Position numbers and translations under genes: made by a program
Shown here: piece after piece, positions 59,287 to 64,000 of the stretch
How positions within the stretch are numbered: position 1 is the stretch's first letter
Layout: every line of letters begins with the position of its first letter
Assembly (NCBI GenBank): GCA_030390025.1
Contig: CM059425.1
Span: forward strand, 168,394,001-168,458,000
Length of the DNA: 64,000 nucleotides
Direction of reading: 5' to 3'
Source of the DNA: Squalus acanthias
Lineage: Eukaryota
Notes under the pieces: generated by a model
The model's input: the letters and a program-made list of their open reading frames with translations, nothing else
Told to the model about the DNA's origin: nothing
Database searches by the model: none

Positions 59287-60640
59287 GGGCAGAATTTTGC
59301 GGGGGGTCAGCAGGTGCGATCGGTGGCGGGTTTTTGGCAGCGGGTCGGGACCCAGCTCTCAAGCCACCGTTATGCGCCTTTCCCAAATGTTGTGTCTGCC
59401 AGCACTGAGCAAACCTGACACGCAGCAGCGGGGGAGGCAATTGAAATCATTAGTGGCTTGTTTACAGCCACTTAATGCTTTTTTCCCCCCAGCTTTTTGA
59501 TTTTGACAGGTCGCCCACTGGTTTCCCGCTGTGCGTAGACCTCGTCAGTGAAGCTGAGGTGGGAGGTGACTTGCCGTTCTTTCAGCTGATGAGTTGACAG
59601 CTTCAAATGTCAAGTCAAAGCTCCCAGCTGAATCAAATTATCTTCCCTCAGCCACTAGCTTCTCTAAACTGCATTTCCACTACAGATTCAGGATGCTGCA
59701 AGTCTTTACACAAGTCCCCATCCAGTCTGATCTCATTACCTCTCCCACCATTGACAGATCACTTCTGTCATCTCTACTTCACCTGCCACCTATTCCATCA
59801 GCATCGGTGCCCTTGAGACTATCTCACCTTGGTCCTCAAAATCCCACCACGATCAGGAGCAGGCACACCAGCAACACCAACAACAACACCAACCTTCTCC
59901 GCAATCAACTGATGCTGCACAGGACAGAGGGCATCAGCACCCGACCACATTGCTGCCTGGGACGCCAGGGATGGTCTCACTATGGCCAGATTTACTTCAC
60001 TTGACGCTGTACACCCTGGCTGCCACATGATGCGCCAGATTGGCACCAATAGCATAAAACATCCCTACAATGCCCAAGCCATTCCTTTCACACTTATCAC
60101 CATTGCGAGGGTACCGTTGTGTCTCACCATTCACTGCAACTCACTCAGCCACTTCCAAAGATGCACACAAATCTCTACAAGAACACAAAGTGTTGAAAAT
60201 AAAGGTTTCAATGTTTGACACCACATTAACAGAACCTTTACATGAACATTGGCTAAAATACCCAAGTGCCTACCCTTGTGTGTTGTTAGTTGGTATGATT
60301 GCATTGGATGAGGGTGAGTGTGAGGGGTGGCTAGTGAGATGGGGATGTGATAATGTAGATAGAGAGGGATGGGTGGAGGTGCAAGGTAAGTTGGTGTGAG
60401 TAAGAATGCGCAGGAGTAGGGTAGGGAAGGCAGAGTGATGGGGATGTGATGAGTGGCACAGCAGGATGAGACTGAGTGTTGCTTTGTACTAACGTTTTGT
60501 GATCTACTGAGATCATTGAAAGGTTTGTGCCACTGCAGCCTGGTCCTCCTGACGATATCCCTGCTTGTGTCCTCTGGTGCAATGTGCAACAGGCTGCGTT
60601 GGTGTCCTGCACCACCACCCACCACCCCCCACCCCCCCCC
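59287..60640 (-). mobile_element. Internally deleted Harbinger with Myb exon-1 remnant on minus
   Basis: End gggcagaattttgc; RRTRLQWHKPFNDLSRSQN|gttagt at about 60490-60600. Confidence 0.6.
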
Positions 60641-62144
60641 CCTACACTCCTACCATGGCAAAATGCAACCCTCCCCGCAACAAACATGCAGATGAAGCAT
60701 ATGTGGGACATCTGGCAATGAGAACAAATGATGTTCTGCCTCCGGCTGGATCTGGAGAAATACCAGTCTGGGGCTCTTTCCTGAAGGCTCACCCAACACA
60801 AATTGCCACCCCCTCCTGGTGTAGCGTGTAATGTAAATATAGGCAGCAATGGGAATGCTGCATCACTGGAGAGGAGAAAATAGGTATGTTTTGGGCCAGT
60901 GTGTAACTGGGAAGCTTTCGTAGCTCAGCTGGAAGCCAGAAAGCTCCTGCAAAATATGCAAATAAAGTTATATTCTGAAGATCTCTTGCATCTTAGTCAA
61001 TGTGAGAAAAACCCATAACACAACATTGCAGCAGTGGTTGTTGAACCTCACTAAAAGAATCGTCCGGAAACCATGGGGAAACAGAAAATGAGTTGCTGCC
61101 AACTAGACTGGAGAAAGATTTGGAAGCTTTTAAGGGACTGGAAGCAGTAATCAGAATGCAGCAGTTAGGGTGAGCAGCTACCACCCAGCTAAAAAAGGGA
61201 AGAAGACCACAACGGATTGGAAAACCACAGCTACTAAAGTATACTTCCAAGCAGGATTATAGAAAGGGAGTGAAGGTCCTGGAAGGCCCTGAAGGAGTAG
61301 AGAACCTGTGATAGATGTGGGAGATTCCCAGTACTTCCGAGACATTTATGTCTGGCCACAATTATCACCCACAAGGACACTTGCCTGTCAAAAAGATCAG
61401 ACCAGCCCGGCCTTGCCTGTCCCTCCCAGTGCTGGCATTGGCTGCCAAACCCTTATCCGGTGCTAAATTTATGTCAGAGACCATTCCCTTGCATTCCGTG
61501 CATCCTTGGTCTCCGAAACCAAAAATTGCTCCCACCTGATCGTCCTAACGTCACTCCCACCAGTTTCAGGTGGGAGATTGTCCTGCTTTATTCAAATGAT
61601 GCCCGTGAGTTAAAATGGCCCAGGCCTTAAGCTAAGCTCCTGGTGGGGGGTTTCCCTCCAAACCCACACCCCTGAACACACCCCCAGATAAAATCAACCT
61701 CTAGAAGAGAGCAAACTCACTAATAAAAGTTCCAAAGGGTAAATTTTCCTGTCAACCTGTTCTAATTATAAATTCTTATGTCTACATTTATAATGGAACA
61801 GCTGATGTAACTTGTCATGGTTTAATTACACTCCCCCTGCCAGTAGCGGCACTGTAGCAGCCCTCCAGTAATTCAACCTGTACTATAGAAACTCCTTTGC
61901 TCTAACCAACTCTACAATGCTTCCCAAATTAAGATTTTATTCCGATCCTAACATTTTCCGTCAAGTAGCTTTTCCTCAAATAATTTTGAAAAACAAGAGG
62001 ATAATTTTTTTTAAACTTTACTGAGCTATATTTATATTGAGTGCTTCTTTTAAAGAAAGGGGTTTGTGCCTGTGTGTCTGAAAAATTTCAGCCTTCTGAT
62101 AGTGTATTGAAGTGAGGGAAGGAGAGTAACCCCAAAAGAGGTAA

Positions 62145-63945
62145 AGACAACAACAACTGAAGGAACTTGTATTTATTTCGCGTCTTTAACGTAGTAAAAC
62201 GTCCCAAGGCACTTCTTCTTAGGCAGTCCCTCGGAACCGAGGATGACTTGCTTCCACATTAAAAATGAGTTCTCAGGTGACTGATGAGTCCAATGCGGGA
62301 CCTACAGTCTCTGTCACAGGTGGGGCAGACGGTGGTTGAAGGGGCGGGTGGGTGGGGTGCTTAGGTTGACGTGCGCTCCTTGCGCTGCCTGCGCTTGGCT
62401 TCCGCTTGCTCCCGGCAAAGAGACTCGAGGTGTTCGGCGCCTTCCCGGATGCTTCTCCTGCACTTTGTGCGGTCTTGGGCCAGGGATTCCCAGGTGTCGG
62501 TGGGGATGTTACACTTTTTCAAGGAGGCTTTGAGGGTGTCCTTGAATCGTTTCCTCTGCCCACCTGGGGCTCTCTTGCTATGCTGGAGCTCCGAGTAGAG
62601 CGCTTGTTTTGGGAGTCTCGTATCGGGCATGCGGACAACGTGACCCGTCCATCGGAGCTGATCGAGCGTGGTCAAAGCTTCGATGCTGGGGATGTTGGCC
62701 TGAGCGAGAACACTAATGTTGGTGCGCCTATCCTGCCAATGGATTTGCAGGATCTTGCGGAGGCAGCGTTGGTGGTATCTCTCCAGTGCTTTGAGGTGCC
62801 TGCTGTACATGGTCCATGTCTCTGAAGCATACAGCAGGGCGAGTATCACTGCTGCTCTATAGACCATGAGCTTAGTGCCGGGTTTGAGGTCCTGGTCTTC
62901 AGACACTCTCTTCCTCAGGCGACCGAAGGCTGCACTGGCACACTGAAGGCGGTGTTGGACTTCGTCATCGACGTCTGCACTTCACTTCACAGGAGTGTTA
63001 GCAAACAAATTTTGACATCACGCCACATAAGGATATATTAGGACGGATGACCAAAAGCTTGGTCAAAGACGTAGGTTTTAAGTAGCGTCTTAAAGGAGAA
63101 GAGAGAGATCGAGAGGTGGAGAGGTTTAGGGAGGGAATTCCAGAGCTTAGGGCCTAGGCAGCTTAAGGCACGGCTGCCAATGCTGGAGTAATTAAAATCG
63201 GGGACTGTGCAAGAGACCAGAATTGGAGGAGCAGAAAGATCTCGGAGGGTTGTAGGGCTGGAGGAGGTTACAGAGATAGGAAGGGGCGAGGTCATGGAGG
63301 GATTTGAAACCAAGGATGAGAATTTTAAAATCAAGACATTGCCGGACCGGGAGCCAAAGTAGCCAGCGAGCACAAGGGTGACGGGTGAATGGGACTTGGT
63401 GCGAGTTAGGATACAGGAAGCAGAGTTCTGGATGAGCTTAAATTTATGGAGGGTGGAAGATGGGAGGCTGGCCAGGAGAGCATTGGAATACTCAAGTCTA
63501 GAGATAACAAATGCATGGATGAGGGAATCAGCAGCAGGTGATTTGAGGCAGGGGCTGAGATGGGCTATGTTACAGAGGTGGAAGTAGGCGGTCTTGGTGT
63601 TAGAGTGCATAATGTGGTCGGAAGCTCACCTCGGGGTCAATTACGACACCAAGGTTCCAAGCCATCTGGTTCAGCCTCAGACAGTGGCCAGGGAGAGTGA
63701 TGGAGTCGTTGGCTAGGGAGTTTGCAGCTGGGACCGAAGACAATGGTTTCGGTCTTCCCAATATTTTGTTGGAGAAATTTATGCTCCTCCAGTACTGGAT
63801 GTCGGACAAGTTGTGTGACAAATCAGAGACAGTGGAGAGGTCGAAAGAGGTAGAGCTGGGTGTCGTTAGCGTACGTATGGAACCTGATGTTGTGTTTTGA
63901 GATGATGTCGCCAAGGGGCACCATGTAGATGAGAAATAGGAGCTT
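62145..63945 (-). mobile_element. L2 LINE 3' part
   Basis: ORFs 63038-63610 and 63600-63914; tail at 62145-62214. Confidence 0.9.
62215..62983 (-). mobile_element. RTE-clade LINE 3' part nested in an L2 tail
   Basis: ORF 62361-62906 (TKLMVYRAAV..LLYASETW...LRWTGHVVRMPD.RLPKQALY); (aag)n tail; cacttc duplication. Confidence 0.92.
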
Positions 63946-64000
63946 TTTGGGGTTTTTTTAAGTTGTTTTTATGAGATGTGGGCGTCACTGGCAAGGCCAG

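Noticed and set aside
60850..61310. Possible gag-like LTR-retrotransposon relic (NWEAFVAQLEA) or SLCO4C1 exon 1
   Set aside because: Too short and degenerate to support; no OATP N-terminal motif on the minus strand.

Overview
Eukaryotic, repeat-saturated vertebrate DNA; the repeat content suggests a cartilaginous fish (shark), which is an inference. The window lies inside one host gene, SLCO4C1 (OATP4C1 organic anion transporter), on the minus strand. Four internal coding exons are present (34785-34522, 17446-17252, 12440-12344, 6513-6392); they have GT-AG boundaries and splice in frame. The first and later exons were not found. The introns are mostly mobile DNA: CR1, L2 and RTE LINEs, a second CR1-clade LINE family ('LINE-B' here), Penelope-like fragments, tRNA-derived SINEs, a probable hAT element, and a large PIF/Harbinger set. 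The Harbinger set comprises one decayed two-gene element (Myb/SANT gene plus convergent DDE transposase, 36125-48029, split by nested insertions), a Myb-only element (22781-25555), other remnants, and about 12 MITEs, many with 3-bp target-site duplications (TSDs). Most notable: (i) two minimal hammerhead-ribozyme motifs in Penelope ends, one in the sense of the SLCO4C1 pre-mRNA; (ii) Harbinger MITEs built from local hairpins with compensatory base changes between copies, carrying promoter-like motifs and tandem splice donors; (iii) MITEs that retain the start codons of both parental genes fused head-to-head; (iv) a perfect 33-bp fold-back at a LINE inversion. Repeat boundaries without a stated TSD are approximate.
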